This document shows positions 62,591-64,000 of a stretch of 64,000 nucleotides of DNA, piece by piece (the stretch's first letter is position 1; every line of letters starts with the position of its first letter). The notes under the pieces are model-generated. The model was given only the letters and a program-made list of their open reading frames with translations, was not told the origin of the DNA and did not search any database. The position numbers and the translations under genes are program-made. The DNA is taken from NCBI RefSeq assembly GCF_009834535.1, contig NC_045697.1:99016001-99080000 (forward strand), written 5' to 3'. The stretch is from Camelus ferus. Lineage: Eukaryota.

Positions 62591-63650
62591 TTTTCACATA
62601 TTCTAATTTTTCTGAACAGTTACAAATATTTTTGCATATATCTAGCCAGTTGTTCAAGCTCTCTTGGATTCTTTTGCCCTGAATTACTGGGTATACAAAT
62701 ATATATCACATATATTTATCTGTTACATGGATTATGCATATTCAAATACATAAGACATATTTATCCCGATGATTGATGTGGTCCATATAAATGGCCTACC
62801 ATTTATAAAATCAATCTAATAATCTGCTGTGTTATTATACTGACTTGGGCATTCATCTATTGGACATGTGCGTAACTTACTATTTTTGTCTATTATAATT
62901 ATTACCGCTATGAACAGCTTTTTTTTTTTTTTTTAGAGTAGAACTTGTTTTTCTCTTTCTTGCTCCTTTATCCCGCTATTCTACTGTCTATTTTGGGATT
63001 ACAGAAAGTGAGGTTGAGAAACCTTCCTTCCTCAGTTGGTCCAGGATCAACCAACTTTCTACTCTACAAGTGTGATCTGGGGGCATCTCTATCTTCGGTA
63101 ATAAATTAAAGTCGGTTACCAATCCTGGGCCCAAAGCAGTTAATTCATGAATGTGTAAAGAAGAAACAAAGGATGGTTGGGGGCGGGGGCCTTGAAGGGT
63201 GGTGAGCAAACAGCTTCTTTCATAAAGACTTTTGCAGGGGTGAAGCAGAGCCCCCTTCCTTCTGCAGTGTAAGGAGAGGAGGTAGCAATAAAATAGAAGA
63301 TATGCGTGAACATAGATATCGTTTTCCATGCGGCCCCACTGACTTGAAGACAACAATGAAAAGGCTATTATGGCTCCTATTACAGAGGTGATGGGCTGGA
63401 TGTAATTAGGGATTAAATCTGAAATTCCCAGTACATACCCAGGGTCTCAGGAACTTGACAGGCTGCTATCACTCCAAGATCCCTGGGAGGGCAGCATGGC
63501 TGGCTTAATCGGGGAGAGGGCATGGGGCGGGGGGCTGCCCATAGCAGCCACTTATCACAGTGCTAATGAACAGGGAGGCCTTCTAAGGGGGGAAGAGGCG
63601 CAGTGGTGTCACTTTCCCTTTGTGTGTGCACATCAGCTGGCATCTCCGCA

Positions 63651-63692
63651 GGGGCGGGGACTTGTCAGAAAGGAGACAAGTTGCTAGGTAAC
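63651..63692. promoter_or_regulatory. GC box plus RFX X-box; candidate promoter of the decayed gene
   Basis: ggggcgggg at 63651-63659; GTTGCTAGGTAAC at 63680-63692 matches the RFX inverted-repeat consensus. Confidence 0.5.
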
Positions 63693-64000
63693 CAGGGAGT
63701 CTGAGGGAAGCCCCTTCCCCCAGCCCCAGGAAAGCAGAGTGCCAAGGGGGCCCCAAGAAGGATTTGTCAGTTAAAAAATGAACAAAAACAACTACAGCCT
63801 GGATTGAACATAGAAGGATTAACAGCTACCCTAAGGAGCAGCAGGCTACTTTTTTTTTTTTTTTTCATAGGGGAAGGCTAATTGGAAGAGAATTACTGTG
63901 ATCTGGGAGTTGAAGGAGAGGGAAGGGGGGAGGAATAAAGCCAGAGAGTAAAGGAGGAGCAAGTATTAAAAAGAGAGGTGGAGGGGAGGGTGTAGTTCAG

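Noticed and set aside
1..64000. CRISPR arrays, rRNA, operons or other prokaryotic systems
   Set aside because: The sequence is clearly mammalian; no regularly spaced repeat arrays or rRNA-like segments seen.

Overview
Mammalian genomic DNA, very probably camelid (alpaca/camel): it carries four tRNA-derived Vic-1-type SINEs with target-site duplications (TSDs). The left part holds the 5' end of SETD7 on the minus strand: coding exon 1 at 9731-9692, exon 2 at 1949-1820, and a CpG-island promoter at ~8.8-11.2 kb. A 5'-truncated FTH1 (ferritin heavy chain) retrocopy, split by an ERV1-type LTR, sits immediately next to the exon-2 splice donor. The remaining ~50 kb looks intergenic and repeat-rich (L1, L2, MIR, MLT1, MER21, ERV1 LTRs, hAT elements). 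Reading the minus strand by hand, however, reveals about 16-17 exon-like blocks between ~59.3 kb and ~14.4 kb. Most have AG/GT boundaries, matching intron phases and protein-like translations with scattered stops and a few frameshifts. This looks like a decayed multi-exon (unitary) pseudogene of a large protein I cannot name, with an RFX X-box/GC-box candidate promoter at ~63.7 kb. Repeat family names are from recalled consensus similarity, not a database search.
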